Below, piece by piece: positions 40,863 to 51,141 of a stretch of DNA of 64,000 nt. Source of the stretch: an uncultured Rhodospirillaceae bacterium (GTDB lineage Bacteria; Pseudomonadota; Alphaproteobacteria; UBA2966); NCBI GenBank assembly GCA_964343605.1, contig CAYFKJ010000003.1, positions 73,474 through 137,473 on the forward strand, read 5' to 3'. The notes beneath the pieces are model-generated. The model saw only the letters and a program-made list of their open reading frames with translations, did not search any database and had not been told where the DNA came from. The position numbers were made by a program, and so were the translations under genes. Every line of letters starts with the position of its first letter. Position 1 is the stretch's first letter.

Positions 40863-41555
40863 TTGCGCCCCCCATATTCATGCCCTGAGGCGGTAAAGAG
40901 AACAAAGACCGTGCACGACGGAGACGATCAACTCATCATCTCGGAGGCCTTGCAGCCGGCCCAAAGCGTTCCCTGCTGGTCCTGCAAGGGCGGCGTGGAC
41001 GGTCGGGCGCCGTTTTGCCATGCCTGCGGCGTAATTCAGCCGCCGCGCCCGGCCGACGATTTTCAGCGCCTGGGACTGGCCAGCCATTTCGACGTCGACC
41101 CCAAGGATTTGGAAAAGCGTTACTTCGCCTTCCAGCGGACGTTTCATCCCGACCGCTTCGCCACCAAGACGGCGCGCGAGCGGCAGTATTCCCTGCAGCA
41201 TGCCACGGGCTTGAATGAGTCCTACGAACGGCTCAAGGCGCCGTTGACGCGGGCCCAGTCCCTGCTGGTCGCCATGGGTGGGACATTGCCTGATGAGGCC
41301 CATACCGAGGGCGATCCCGAGTTGCTCATGGAGGCGATGGAAAGCCGCGAAGCCCTGGCCGAAGCCGACACGGCCGAGGCCGTAGCCGCCCTTGAGGTCA
41401 AGGCGCGGGTCGATATCGAAGTCTGTGAGGAGGCACTGTCGCTGGCCTTCGCCGTCGAAGATCTCGACGGCGCCGCCAATCTGATTACGCGCCTCAAATA
41501 TCTGGTTAAGTTATACGACGAGATTCGGCGCAAGCGCCGGAGCGTACAAGGTTAG
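40863..41555 (+). CDS. hscB: Fe-S co-chaperone HscB with N-terminal tetracysteine (CxxC...CxxC) extension
   Basis: J-domain (DFQRLGLASHFDVDPKDLEKRYFAFQRTFHPDRF) preceded by CWSCKGGVDGRAPFCHACG. Confidence 0.8.
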   Translation: MRPPYSCPEAVKRTKTVHDGDDQLIISEALQPAQSVPCWSCKGGVDGRAPFCHACGVIQPPRPADDFQRLGLASHFDVDPKDLEKRYFAFQRTFHPDRFATKTARERQYSLQHATGLNESYERLKAPLTRAQSLLVAMGGTLPDEAHTEGDPELLMEAMESREALAEADTAEAVAALEVKARVDIEVCEEALSLAFAVEDLDGAANLITRLKYLVKLYDEIRRKRRSVQG

Positions 41556-41561
41556 TATTCA

Positions 41562-43463
41562 ATGGTCGAACTCCTGCAAATTCACGAACCGGGCGAGACG
41601 CCTTTGCCCCATGCCGGCGAGGAGGTCGCCGTCGGCATCGATCTCGGCACGACGAACTCGTTGATCGCCATCGCCCACGACGGTGAGCCCGAGGTTCTGC
41701 GCGGTCCGGACGGCAAAACGCTGATCCCCTCCGTCGTCGCCTATGGCGACGGTGAGGCGGTGGTGGGTGAGGGCGCCCGGCGCGTCATCATGGATAGCCC
41801 GGAACGTGTCGTGTCGTCCGTGAAGCGGCTGATGGGCCGTGGCCTCGAGGACCTCAAATCGCTGGGCGGCGCCGTGCCCTACGATGTCGACGCCGATATG
41901 GAATCCGGCGGCATGGTCCGCCTCAACGTGGCGGGTCATCGCCTGACGCCGGTGGAAGTTTCATCGCACATCCTCGGCGCGCTGAGGGCTTTGGCCGAGG
42001 CCTCGCTCGACCGCACCATCGACAAGGCCGTAATCACCGTTCCCGCCTATTTCGACGACGCCGCGCGGGCGGCCACCAAGGATGCCGCCAAGCTCTGCGG
42101 TCTCCAGGTTCTACGGCTGGTTAACGAGCCGACGGCGGCGGCGCTGGCGTATGGACTGGATAAGGACGCCGAGGGGCTGTACGCGGTCTACGATCTGGGT
42201 GGCGGCACCTTTGACATTTCCATCCTGCGCATGGAGATGGGCGTCTTCCAGGTTCTGGCGACCGGTGGCGATGCCCAGTTGGGCGGCGACGATTTCGATC
42301 ACGCCGTGGCCACGCACTTCCTCGGCCAGCGCGAAGACCGGCCCGCGGATGCCAAGATTTCCCCGGGCGAAGCCAAAACCGCCATGATGACGGCCCGCCT
42401 GGTCAAGGAATGCCTGACCGATCAGGAGCAGGGCCGCTGGATGCTCGACGTCGAGGGTGAGGCGACCTGGCACGAACTAGACCGCGCGAAATTCGAGGAC
42501 CTGATCGGCGACATTGTCGATCGCACGATTAGCCTGTGCCGCGGCGTCATGGACGACGCCGACGTCTTCCCCGAGGACATCAAGGGCGTTGTCCTGGTTG
42601 GTGGCTCGACCCGGGTCCCGCTTGTCCGCAAGCGCGTTGCCGAACTGTTCGGCCAAAAGCCGCTTTCCGATATTGATCCGGATCAGGTCGTGGCTCTTGG
42701 TGCCGCGCTTCAAGCCGAGGCCCTGACGATGGGGTCAAACGCGCTGCTGCTGGACGTCACGCCTTTGTCGCTGGGTATCGAAACCATGGGCGGGCTGGTC
42801 GAAAAAGTCGTTCACCGCAACACGCCGATCCCCGTGGCCCGGGCCCAGGAATTCACAACCTACAAGGACGGCCAGACGGCCATGGCCATCCACGCCGTTC
42901 AGGGCGAACGCGAGATGGTCGACCAGAACCGCTCGCTGGCGCGCTTCGAGTTGCGCGGCATCCCGGCCATGGCGGCGGGAGCGGCGCGCATCCTGGTAAC
43001 CTTCGCGGTCGATGCCGATGGATTGCTGACCGTCAGCGCCGTCGAACAGAGCACCGGCATGGAAGCCCATGTCGAGGTCAAACCGAGCTACGGCCTGTCG
43101 GACGACGATATGGCACGGATGCTGCGGGAAAGCATGGAATTCGCGCGCGACGACATGACGGCGCGCCTGTTCGCCGAAGCCTGCGTCGAGGCTGAGCGCA
43201 TGCTGTTGGCTTTCGACGCGGCGCTGGAGTTGGACGGCGATCTCGTGAAGTCCGAGGAAAAAGAGGAAATCGAAGCCAGGATTACCGAATTGCGCGAAGC
43301 GATGGAGGGTGACGACCGGGATGCCGTGAACGGGGCAGTCGAAGCGTTGAACGCCGCAACCGAACCCTTCGCCGCGCGCCGTATGGATCGCCAGATCAGG
43401 GGGGCGCTGACCGGCGTTGCCATCGACGAACTGAATGAAGATGCCGAGATCGGCGAAGTGTAA
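41562..43463 (+). CDS. hscA: Fe-S chaperone HscA (Hsp70 family)
   Basis: [21 protein letters not shown] and [12 protein letters not shown] motifs. Confidence 0.92.
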   Translation: MVELLQIHEPGETPLPHAGEEVAVGIDLGTTNSLIAIAHDGEPEVLRGPDGKTLIPSVVAYGDGEAVVGEGARRVIMDSPERVVSSVKRLMGRGLEDLKSLGGAVPYDVDADMESGGMVRLNVAGHRLTPVEVSSHILGALRALAEASLDRTIDKAVITVPAYFDDAARAATKDAAKLCGLQVLRLVNEPTAAALAYGLDKDAEGLYAVYDLGGGTFDISILRMEMGVFQVLATGGDAQLGGDDFDHAVATHFLGQREDRPADAKISPGEAKTAMMTARLVKECLTDQEQGRWMLDVEGEATWHELDRAKFEDLIGDIVDRTISLCRGVMDDADVFPEDIKGVVLVGGSTRVPLVRKRVAELFGQKPLSDIDPDQVVALGAALQAEALTMGSNALLLDVTPLSLGIETMGGLVEKVVHRNTPIPVARAQEFTTYKDGQTAMAIHAVQGEREMVDQNRSLARFELRGIPAMAAGAARILVTFAVDADGLLTVSAVEQSTGMEAHVEVKPSYGLSDDDMARMLRESMEFARDDMTARLFAEACVEAERMLLAFDAALELDGDLVKSEEKEEIEARITELREAMEGDDRDAVNGAVEALNAATEPFAARRMDRQIRGALTGVAIDELNEDAEIGEV

Positions 43464-43588
43464 TTTTGCGGCGATCAGTCGCACATAACCGGGCTGGTAA
43501 TTGCCCGCCGTCCGCGCTATGTCGTACCGCTGTTTTGTAATCTGCCCCCGGCCTGTTTCGTGCCGCTACATGTTTTCGGAGTTTGCTC

Positions 43589-43924
43589 GTGCCTAAGATG
43601 ACTTTCATCGATCCGCAGGGAAATGCCAAGGAGGTCGACGCACCTCTCGGTCTTTCGGTACTGGAGATCGCCCACCGCAACAAGATCGACCTGGAAGGGG
43701 CGTGCGAGGGGTCGCTGGCCTGTTCGACGTGCCACGTCATCGTCGACGACGAGTATTTCGACGACCTGCCCGAAGCGACCGAGGACGAGGAAGACATGCT
43801 GGACCTGGCCTTCGCCCTGACGCACACCTCGCGGCTGGGTTGCCAGATCATCATTACCGAAGAACTGGACGGACTGACCGTGACCTTGCCGGCGGCCACG
43901 CGCAATATGATGGTGGACGCCTGA
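43589..43924 (+). CDS. fdx: [2Fe-2S] ferredoxin, ISC type (adrenodoxin-like)
   Basis: [12 protein letters not shown]...SRLGCQI. Confidence 0.88.
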   Translation: MPKMTFIDPQGNAKEVDAPLGLSVLEIAHRNKIDLEGACEGSLACSTCHVIVDDEYFDDLPEATEDEEDMLDLAFALTHTSRLGCQIIITEELDGLTVTLPAATRNMMVDA

Positions 43925-43944
43925 CGACAACGAAAGGGGGCGAC

Positions 43945-44145
43945 ATGCAGCTTAAGTGGACCGACGTCAACGATATCGCGATTGAGCTGGAAGACGCCCA
44001 CCCGGACGTGGATGTCGTCAATCTGCGCTTCACCGACCTGCACCGCTGGGTCACCGAACTGCCCGAATTCGACGACGATCCCAACCGCTCCAACGAAAAA
44101 ATCCTCGAGGCCATCCAGATGGCCTGGCTCGACGAGCGCGACTAG
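43945..44145 (+). CDS. iscX: Fe-S assembly protein IscX (YfhJ)
   Basis: 66-aa acidic protein MQLKWTDVNDIAIELEDAHPDVDVVNLRFTDLHRWV. AAGGGGG RBS. Confidence 0.8.
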   Translation: MQLKWTDVNDIAIELEDAHPDVDVVNLRFTDLHRWVTELPEFDDDPNRSNEKILEAIQMAWLDERD

Positions 44146-44148
44146 TCT

Positions 44149-44964
44149 GTGGCCCGCAGCCCGCAGGAGATCCAGGACACCACCCGCTTCATCGACGTCT
44201 ACCGGCGTGCCCAGGCGCCTGCCATGTTGGACGTCGAGGAAATCGCCTGCGGCTGCCGTTACGGCGCCACGAGTTGGGCGACCCTTGACGAGGTCCGGGC
44301 GATCGCCCGACTGCTCGACCTGGGACCCGGCAGGAAGCTCCTGGAAATCGGAGCCGGGTCCGGCTGGCCTTCCCTGCAACTTGCCGAAAGAAGCGGGTGC
44401 GATGCGGTTCTGACGGATCTCCCCATCTCCGGCATTCAGATTGCCGGTGAGAGGGCGCGGGCTGACGGCTTGAGCCATCGGTGTTTTGGCCTGCTGGCGG
44501 ACGGATCTCACCTGCCTTTCGCCGAGGCCGCATTCGATGCCGTTCATCACGCGGATGTTCTTTGCTGCTTGAAGTCGAAGCGGGAGGTTCTGAGGGAGTG
44601 CCGGCGCATCATGCGGTCTAACGGCAGAATGGCTTTCTCCGCGATCTTCATGGCGGCGGAATTGGCGCCAACCGAAACCGAACTCGCCGTCGCCGCCGGA
44701 CCGCCGTTCATGGAGATGAAAGGGACATATCCGACGCTTATGACGGAAACCGGCTGGCGACTGGTGGAAACTCATGATTTGACGGACGCCTTCCTCTCCA
44801 CGGCCGAGCGCCTGGTGGTGGAGGAAGAGGCGCGGGCGGCCGTTCTTGAACCGCTTCACGAAAAGGGCGAGTTCAACGCCCGCTTGAACCGCCACCGCGC
44901 CAAGATCGAGGCTCTCGGACAGGGTCTGATCCGGCGCGAATTGTATATCGCCGAACCTGTCTAA
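44149..44964 (+). CDS. class I SAM-dependent methyltransferase
   Basis: SAM motif I LLEIGAGSGWPSL. It starts 3 nt after the iscX stop. Confidence 0.6.
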   Translation: MARSPQEIQDTTRFIDVYRRAQAPAMLDVEEIACGCRYGATSWATLDEVRAIARLLDLGPGRKLLEIGAGSGWPSLQLAERSGCDAVLTDLPISGIQIAGERARADGLSHRCFGLLADGSHLPFAEAAFDAVHHADVLCCLKSKREVLRECRRIMRSNGRMAFSAIFMAAELAPTETELAVAAGPPFMEMKGTYPTLMTETGWRLVETHDLTDAFLSTAERLVVEEEARAAVLEPLHEKGEFNARLNRHRAKIEALGQGLIRRELYIAEPV

Positions 44965-45012
44965 GGGTCCCGAAACGGGCTATCATTCGCCGGAACCAAC
45001 CCTTGGGGGGGA

Positions 45013-46695
45013 TTGATGATCGCGCGCATTCGGCTTTATTCCGGCATGGTCCTGCTGGTTTTCGTCACGGGACACCTGTTCAACAGTTCGCTGGGCGTCT
45101 TCTCGTTCGAAGCGATGGATGCCGCATCCCAGTTCACGACCCGCCCCTGGCGCACGATTCCAGGCACCGTTCTTCTGCTCGGCGCCTTCCTGACGCATAC
45201 CACCCTGTCGATGAGGTCGCTGTTTTTTCGTCAAACGCTGAGGATGAAACCCTGGGAGGCCACCCAGAATATTTTGGGCATCCTCATTCCCTTATTGGCG
45301 TTCGGTCATGTCATTGCCATGCGCGGTTTGGTCGAGTTCATGGGTTTGAAAACCGGGTACGCCCTGGAAATGGTCGCCCTGTTCGTGGTGCGTCCGGATT
45401 TCGGCGCGATCCAAGTGGGGCTCGTCCTGCTTACCTGGATTCACGGCTGCATCGGTTTGCACACCTGGGCCCGCCTGAAACCGGGATACCAGAAATTCCA
45501 AGGCTGGGTACTCTCGCTGGCTGTCGCCTGGCCCGTCATGGCGTTGTCCGGCTATGTCGCGGCAGGGAACCGGGCGCAGCGGATGGTGGCGGACGAGGAA
45601 TGGCTCGGCGGCGTCATCAAGACCTCCGGTTTCAACGACGAAATGTTTGCGGCGGCCCTTCAATGGAACATCAATTTCTGTATTGGATATTTGGTATTGC
45701 TGGCGCTTCTGTTCGGCGCCCGCTGGATCCGGCTGGCCATCGCCAAGCGTGAAACGCCGATGGTCTTGCATTACCAGGGCGGTCGGGAGATCACCGCCAT
45801 ACCCGGCGCCACGGTTCTGGAATCGCTGCGGGCCGGCGGTATCCCACATGCCTCCGTGTGCGGCGGACGCGGGCGCTGCTCAACCTGCCGTATCCGCGTG
45901 GGGCGCGGCGCGGACTGGCTCAATCCCCCGGATGAAAACGAGGTCAAAGTATTGGAGCGCATTGCGGCGCCACCGTCGGTGCGGCTGGCCTGCCAGGTGC
46001 GGCCCAAGGTCGATCTCGAAATCGCGCCGCTCTTGTCGCCCGAGGCAACCGCGTCCGACGGCTTCGAACAGCCGGGTTACCTGGCGGGGCAGGAGGTCGA
46101 GGTCGCCTTCGTGTTCGTCGACCTGCGCGGCTCGACCGGGCTATCGGAAGGACGCCTGCCCTACGACTTCGTCTTCGTGCTCAACCAGTTTTTCGCCGCC
46201 ATCGACGGCGCGCTGCAGGAAACCAACGGCCATTACGCCCAGTTCAACGGCGACGGCCTGATGGCGATCTACGGTTTGAACTCGGGCATCGAACAGGGCG
46301 CCCTGGAAGCCGTTCAGGGTGCCCAGGCCATGATGCGCCGCATCGCCGAATTGAACGAACGCTTGAAAGCCGAGCTACCGGCGCCCTTGGCCATCGGAAT
46401 CGGCATCCACAGCGGCGAGGCCATTGTCGGTAGCATGGGGCCGCCCGACCATCCGATTATTTCGGCCATCGGCGATCACGTGAACATCGCCGCCCGCCTG
46501 GAAGCCAAGTGCAAGGACTTCGGCGTGCCGCTGATCGTCTCGGCCATCACGGCGGAGAAAGCCGGCGTCGACCTCGGCGGATTCCAACAGGAAACCGTCG
46601 ATGTCCGCGGCCGCGACGGCAATATCCGCATCTGGGTGATCGACGATCCTTCGAAAATCGATCTTGCGAAGACGAAAGAAACGGTGCCCGCCTGA
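45013..46695 (+). CDS. membrane-anchored class III adenylate/guanylate cyclase with an internal [2Fe-2S] ferredoxin domain
   Basis: Six-helix hydrophobic N-terminus with conserved His residues in the helices. A plant-type Fer2 module (CGGRGRCSTCRIRV...LACQV). A CHD cyclase domain (FVFVDLRGSTG; NGDGLMAIYG; IGDHVNIAARLE). Confidence 0.8.
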   Translation: MMIARIRLYSGMVLLVFVTGHLFNSSLGVFSFEAMDAASQFTTRPWRTIPGTVLLLGAFLTHTTLSMRSLFFRQTLRMKPWEATQNILGILIPLLAFGHVIAMRGLVEFMGLKTGYALEMVALFVVRPDFGAIQVGLVLLTWIHGCIGLHTWARLKPGYQKFQGWVLSLAVAWPVMALSGYVAAGNRAQRMVADEEWLGGVIKTSGFNDEMFAAALQWNINFCIGYLVLLALLFGARWIRLAIAKRETPMVLHYQGGREITAIPGATVLESLRAGGIPHASVCGGRGRCSTCRIRVGRGADWLNPPDENEVKVLERIAAPPSVRLACQVRPKVDLEIAPLLSPEATASDGFEQPGYLAGQEVEVAFVFVDLRGSTGLSEGRLPYDFVFVLNQFFAAIDGALQETNGHYAQFNGDGLMAIYGLNSGIEQGALEAVQGAQAMMRRIAELNERLKAELPAPLAIGIGIHSGEAIVGSMGPPDHPIISAIGDHVNIAARLEAKCKDFGVPLIVSAITAEKAGVDLGGFQQETVDVRGRDGNIRIWVIDDPSKIDLAKTKETVPA

Positions 46696-46708
46696 TGGGA
46701 GTAATGCC

Positions 46709-46993
46709 ATGCTGTTCATGGTGATCGAGACCTTCCGCGATCAGAATGCCAAGGCGGTCTACGCGCGCTTCCGGGAGAAGGGGCGCATGTTGCCGGCGGG
46801 TCTGGAATTCGTGGACTCCTGGGTCAGCGCCGATCTTGGCCGCTGTTTCCAGGTCATGGCTTGCGAAGACGTCGCGTTGCTGCAGCAGTGGGTGACGAAC
46901 TGGTCCGACCTCGTCGAGTTCGAAATCGTGCCGATCGTGCCCGGATCCGACGCCGCCAAGGCTGTTCAAGCAAGCGAAAGTGAACGGGCTTGA
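46709..46993 (+). CDS. DUF3303-family small protein
   Basis: Starts MLFMVIETFRD. GGGAG RBS. Confidence 0.5.
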   Translation: MLFMVIETFRDQNAKAVYARFREKGRMLPAGLEFVDSWVSADLGRCFQVMACEDVALLQQWVTNWSDLVEFEIVPIVPGSDAAKAVQASESERA

Positions 46994-47069
46994 TCGCCAT
47001 TGCCCACCCGGCGCGGCCAGATTTCTGATACTTTACCTGCAACGAATCCAATATCGGGCGAGGTCCGGC

Positions 47070-47270
47070 ATGTTGCGAATAGCATTGCTTTGGCTTGGTC
47101 TGTCTGTCCTGACCGGCTGCATGTCCGTGCAGATGGGTAAGGGGAATTACGAACAAGCCGATCACGATCGGTGTATCGGACGCGGGTTCGAGGCCGATTC
47201 CCAAAACTATAAGGATTGCCGCCTGACGATCGCCAAAAGGCGGAGTGTCGGCATGGAGCCGGGTGTCTAG
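47070..47270 (+). CDS. small putative lipoprotein (66 aa)
   Basis: Signal plus lipobox MLRIALLWLGLSVLTGC. GAGGT RBS. The ORF is short, so confidence is low. Confidence 0.3.
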   Translation: MLRIALLWLGLSVLTGCMSVQMGKGNYEQADHDRCIGRGFEADSQNYKDCRLTIAKRRSVGMEPGV

Positions 47271-48472
47271 ACCACACCGTCTTTCTTGAGGGTGGCGATG
47301 TCGTCGTCCGAGCGGCCCAGTTCGCGCAGGATCGCTTCCGTATCACCTCCGTGAAGGGGGGCGGGGCGGTTGAGCGGCCCGTCGCGGTCCGCTTGATAAC
47401 CGCCGGAGAGGATGACGGCGGGGTCGGCGGCGATGCCGTCGGGCAGTGGAGCCTCGACCAGCCGTTGGCCGGCCGCAAGCTGCGGGTCACTGACGACCTC
47501 GGGAACCGTGCGCACCCGTCCGCAGGGGATACCGGCGTCCCTTAAACGGGACTCCCAATTTTCCGCGGTATCGGCTGCGAGGGCATCGCGGATTTCCGCC
47601 TCGATGAAATCCCGATTTTGCATGCGGGCGTCAGTGGTGGCACAGCGCTCGTCTGCCGCCATTTCAGCGCGTCCGATAATCTTGAACAAACTCGCCACTT
47701 GGGCGTCGCTAATGGCGGTGATCAGGAGGGGGTCGCTCGCCGTGGGAAAAAGATTGTCGGTCGGCAGGCCGGCCTCGGTGCGGTTGCCGTTGCGGCCCGG
47801 CAGGTGGCCGCCGTTGGCGTAGTTCATGATCTGCGGCGCCATGAGATGCAGCGCACCGTCGAGCAGCGAGGCATCGATAAACTGTCCCTCGCCTGTGGCC
47901 TGCCTGCGCAAGAGGGCAGAGAAAATGGCGGTCGCCGCCATGGCACCGGCGTACATGTCAATGGCCATGATGCCGAGACGCGTGGGATCGCCGTCTGCAA
48001 ATCCGTTGACGGACATGATGCCGGTGTCCGCCTGCAGGGGACCGTCGTAGGCGGCAAGGCCCGCCTTCGGCCCGGTCTGGCCGTAGCCGCTGATGGCGCA
48101 CCAGATCAGCCCAGGATTGCGCGCCCTGCATTTTTCGGGATCGAGACCTAACCGGGTCATAACGCCGGGCCGGAAATTGTCGACCACGACGTCTGCCCGG
48201 TCGATCAGGTCCCGGGCTACGGCAACGCCCTCCGCCGACTTGAGGTTCAACGAGAGGCTTCGCTTGCCGCCGTTAAGATATTGAAACATTGGCGAAATTC
48301 GGTGTTCGGCAAAGGCGCCTTCGGCCATGATGCCGCGCATGATGTCACCGCCGTTCGGCGTTTCAACCTTGACCACATCGGCGCCGTGAAGTGCCAGTTG
48401 CCGTGTCGCCGCCGGCCCGGCGATGATCTGCGTGAAATCGACGACGAGTACGCCGTCCAGGGAATGGGGCAT
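47267..48472 (-). CDS. CoA-transferase family III (CaiB/BaiF)
   Basis: VLVVDFTQIIAGPAATRQLALHGADVVKVE N-terminus. ~400 aa. Confidence 0.85.
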   Translation of the reverse strand: MPHSLDGVLVVDFTQIIAGPAATRQLALHGADVVKVETPNGGDIMRGIMAEGAFAEHRISPMFQYLNGGKRSLSLNLKSAEGVAVARDLIDRADVVVDNFRPGVMTRLGLDPEKCRARNPGLIWCAISGYGQTGPKAGLAAYDGPLQADTGIMSVNGFADGDPTRLGIMAIDMYAGAMAATAIFSALLRRQATGEGQFIDASLLDGALHLMAPQIMNYANGGHLPGRNGNRTEAGLPTDNLFPTASDPLLITAISDAQVASLFKIIGRAEMAADERCATTDARMQNRDFIEAEIRDALAADTAENWESRLRDAGIPCGRVRTVPEVVSDPQLAAGQRLVEAPLPDGIAADPAVILSGGYQADRDGPLNRPAPLHGGDTEAILRELGRSDDDIATLKKDGVV

Positions 48473-48482
48473 TTATTCGACC

Positions 48483-50231
48483 CTACTCGAGGCCGGCCAG
48501 CCTCAAGCCCTCGATGAGTTTGTCGAGATCTTCCTTGACTGCATAAGGCTGGGTCGCCTCGATCAGTGCCAGCGTGCTGTCGGGATAGAGGGCTTTGTAC
48601 CGATCCATGACCTCGCGGGCTTCATCGATCCTACCCAGTTGGGCAAGTGCAGCGCTTTTGACACGATAGGCGCCGGGAAAATCGGGCCGGTCCTGCAGTG
48701 CCAGATCCATACATCTGGAGGCTTCCTCGTACTGGCCGCCAACGAAATGCGCGACCGCCTTCGACGCCACGAAATAGGGCACCTGGGGATCCCTTGGGCT
48801 GAGGCGCAGGGCCTGTTCGATGTCGGCCAAGGCGTCGTCACAGTTCCCGCCGAATCCTTTTGCTAAACCCCGATAGCCGAAAGCGGTGGCGCTGTTGGGG
48901 TTGAGATCGAGCGCGCGGGTCAGTTCGCTGATGGCGCCGTCGGGATTGCGGTGCATCATCTGCAGATAACCTAGCGCGATGTGCGCCCAGGAATCCCGCT
49001 CGTCCATGACCGCGGCCTTCCGCGCCAGGCGTTCGGCTTCATCCAATTCGGGTTCCCTGGCGCGCCAACCCATATGAATGGAAACGATGTACATGAAGGC
49101 CAGCGCGCTGCTGGCGAACGAAAGATCGGGGAAGTCTTCGACGACTTTACGCATCAGCCGGATGGCTTCGTCGGTATCGGCTTTGTTCAGCAGCCAAAAA
49201 TGCGTCCGCGCCTTCATCAGGGTTTCCCAGGCCGAAATCTGCGAAGGATCACGCTTGGAGGCGTTGTGTCCCTCCAGGGCGAAGACCTCGGGCTCGACGG
49301 CCGCCGCGATATTGCGGGTGATTTCGTCCTGCAGGTCGAAGATATCGACGACCTGCCGGTCGAAGCGCTCAGCCCATACGTGATTGCCGGAGCTGCCCTC
49401 GATCAGCTGAACGTTGATGCGCATGCGGTCGCCGGATTTGCGCACGCTGCCCTCGATGACGTAGCGGACGTCGAGTTCCTTCGCCACTTCGGCGACGTTT
49501 ACCGCCCGGCCCTTGTAGGTAAACGTGGTGTTGCGCGCGATCACCGTCATCCAGCGATTGCGCGAAAGTTCGGTGATGATGTCCTCGGTGACACCATCGA
49601 CGAAATATTCCTGTTCCGGATCCCCGGACATATTGTCGAACGGAAGGACAGCGAGTGAAGGCTTGTCGGATGTAGCAGACGAGGCTGTTTCCGCAACGGG
49701 GTCGGGCACTGGTGTCTCGGGCTTCGCAATCGAAACGCCGTAAACCCTGACCGGGGCGGACACATGCTTGACCTCATGCTCGCCGAGGTCTTCGAACTCG
49801 TAATCCAGCCGGTTCCGCACCTGTTCGAAGACGCCGCCGGAAATACAGACGGCGCCCGGTTCCGCCAGAGCCTCGATGCGGGCGGCGATGTTGACGCCTT
49901 CGCCGTGGATGTCTTCGCCGTCGTCGATGATGTCGCCGAGGTTGACGCCCATGCGGAAATCCAACTGGCTTCCAGCCAGCCCCTGCTGCATGTCGACGGC
50001 GCAAGTTACGGCGTTCTGCACGGTCGGGAATTCCGCCAGAAAACCGTCGCCTGTGTGTTTCACAATACGTCCGGAATGATTGTCGATTATGGGATCGATG
50101 ACGTCGGAGCGAGCTGCCTTCCAGGCGGCAACGGTGCCGTCCGTGTCTTGCTCCATAAGACGTGTGTAGCCCACGACGTCAGCCGCCAAAATCGCCGACA
50201 GCCGCCGCGCGTCACCACCCCCTTCACTCAT
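48483..50231 (-). CDS. adenylate/guanylate cyclase (class III) fused to a TPR/BTAD-like regulatory domain
   Basis: N-terminal CHD (ADVVGYTRLME...HTGDGFLAEF...GVNIAARIEALA) and C-terminal TPR helices. Start taken at MSEGGG with a GGGGGA RBS. Confidence 0.8.
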   Translation of the reverse strand: MSEGGGDARRLSAILAADVVGYTRLMEQDTDGTVAAWKAARSDVIDPIIDNHSGRIVKHTGDGFLAEFPTVQNAVTCAVDMQQGLAGSQLDFRMGVNLGDIIDDGEDIHGEGVNIAARIEALAEPGAVCISGGVFEQVRNRLDYEFEDLGEHEVKHVSAPVRVYGVSIAKPETPVPDPVAETASSATSDKPSLAVLPFDNMSGDPEQEYFVDGVTEDIITELSRNRWMTVIARNTTFTYKGRAVNVAEVAKELDVRYVIEGSVRKSGDRMRINVQLIEGSSGNHVWAERFDRQVVDIFDLQDEITRNIAAAVEPEVFALEGHNASKRDPSQISAWETLMKARTHFWLLNKADTDEAIRLMRKVVEDFPDLSFASSALAFMYIVSIHMGWRAREPELDEAERLARKAAVMDERDSWAHIALGYLQMMHRNPDGAISELTRALDLNPNSATAFGYRGLAKGFGGNCDDALADIEQALRLSPRDPQVPYFVASKAVAHFVGGQYEEASRCMDLALQDRPDFPGAYRVKSAALAQLGRIDEAREVMDRYKALYPDSTLALIEATQPYAVKEDLDKLIEGLRLAGLE

Positions 50232-50316
50232 TACCAAATTCCCCCAAGTAAGCCCTCGGGGCGATTGTACGTCATCTGAAAGGCTGGTGCGACCCCGCGG
50301 GGAGCCGGGAAATCGG

Positions 50317-51141
50317 TCAATCGTCGGGCTTCCCGCCCAATTTTTCCTTGCGCAGGCGCTCCTCGTACTGGCCCACATAAGAGGTATGCGTCACCAGCCC
50401 GGTGGCTTCGTCCCAGGTATGGAGATAGACGGCGGGCGGTTCCATGACCAGCACCAATGGGGCGTCCTCGCCCATTTCGAGGCCGATCTGGTGGGCCGTG
50501 CTGGGCGCGACCGAGACACAAGTACCGGCCCAGCTAATGGTGATGGGCCGGTGCAGGTGGCCGGCGGTGACCCGCAGGACCTGGGGATGGCGCTGGACGA
50601 CCTCCATCATCGGCGTCGGGTTGTCGAAGCCGTGACGGTCCATGATCTCGATGCCGCTGGTGATCGGCGGGTGGTGCATGAAGATCAGCGTCGGGCGATC
50701 AGGTTCCGCCCCCAACGTGGCATCCAACCAGGCCAGGCGTTCGGTGCACATGGTACCGCCGATCTCGCCCTCGATCTGGGTGTCCAGCCCGACCAGGCGC
50801 AGCGGGTAATCCTCCAGGGCGTAGTGGATGAAGCCATCGGCCGGCAAATAGTCGTGATCGGGAAAGGCGGCTCTTAGATGCTTGCGGGAATCGTGGTTGC
50901 CGGGAATGACGTAGAGCGGCATGTCCAGCGGCGCGAAAAGCTCCCGCAAGACTTCGTATTCTTCCGGCTTGGCCCAGTCGACGAGGTCGCCGGTGGCGAG
51001 CACGACATCCGGCAGCGGGTCCATCGCCATGATATGGGCGACGGCCCGGGCCAGATGGTCGCAGGTCTGGTAGTTGCCGTCCGAATCCTTTCCACGCTCG
51101 GAAACGTGGAGGTCGGAAATTTGGGCGGCGATGAAGGTCAA
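50317..51141 (-). CDS. calcineurin-like metallophosphoesterase, class III cyclic-nucleotide phosphodiesterase (CpdA-like)
   Basis: The motif series D-x-H (ISDLHV), GDLVD, GNHD, HHPP and GHLH, with the spacing of CpdA/Rv0805-type PDEs. Confidence 0.65.
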   Translation of the reverse strand: MTFIAAQISDLHVSERGKDSDGNYQTCDHLARAVAHIMAMDPLPDVVLATGDLVDWAKPEEYEVLRELFAPLDMPLYVIPGNHDSRKHLRAAFPDHDYLPADGFIHYALEDYPLRLVGLDTQIEGEIGGTMCTERLAWLDATLGAEPDRPTLIFMHHPPITSGIEIMDRHGFDNPTPMMEVVQRHPQVLRVTAGHLHRPITISWAGTCVSVAPSTAHQIGLEMGEDAPLVLVMEPPAVYLHTWDEATGLVTHTSYVGQYEERLRKEKLGGKPDD

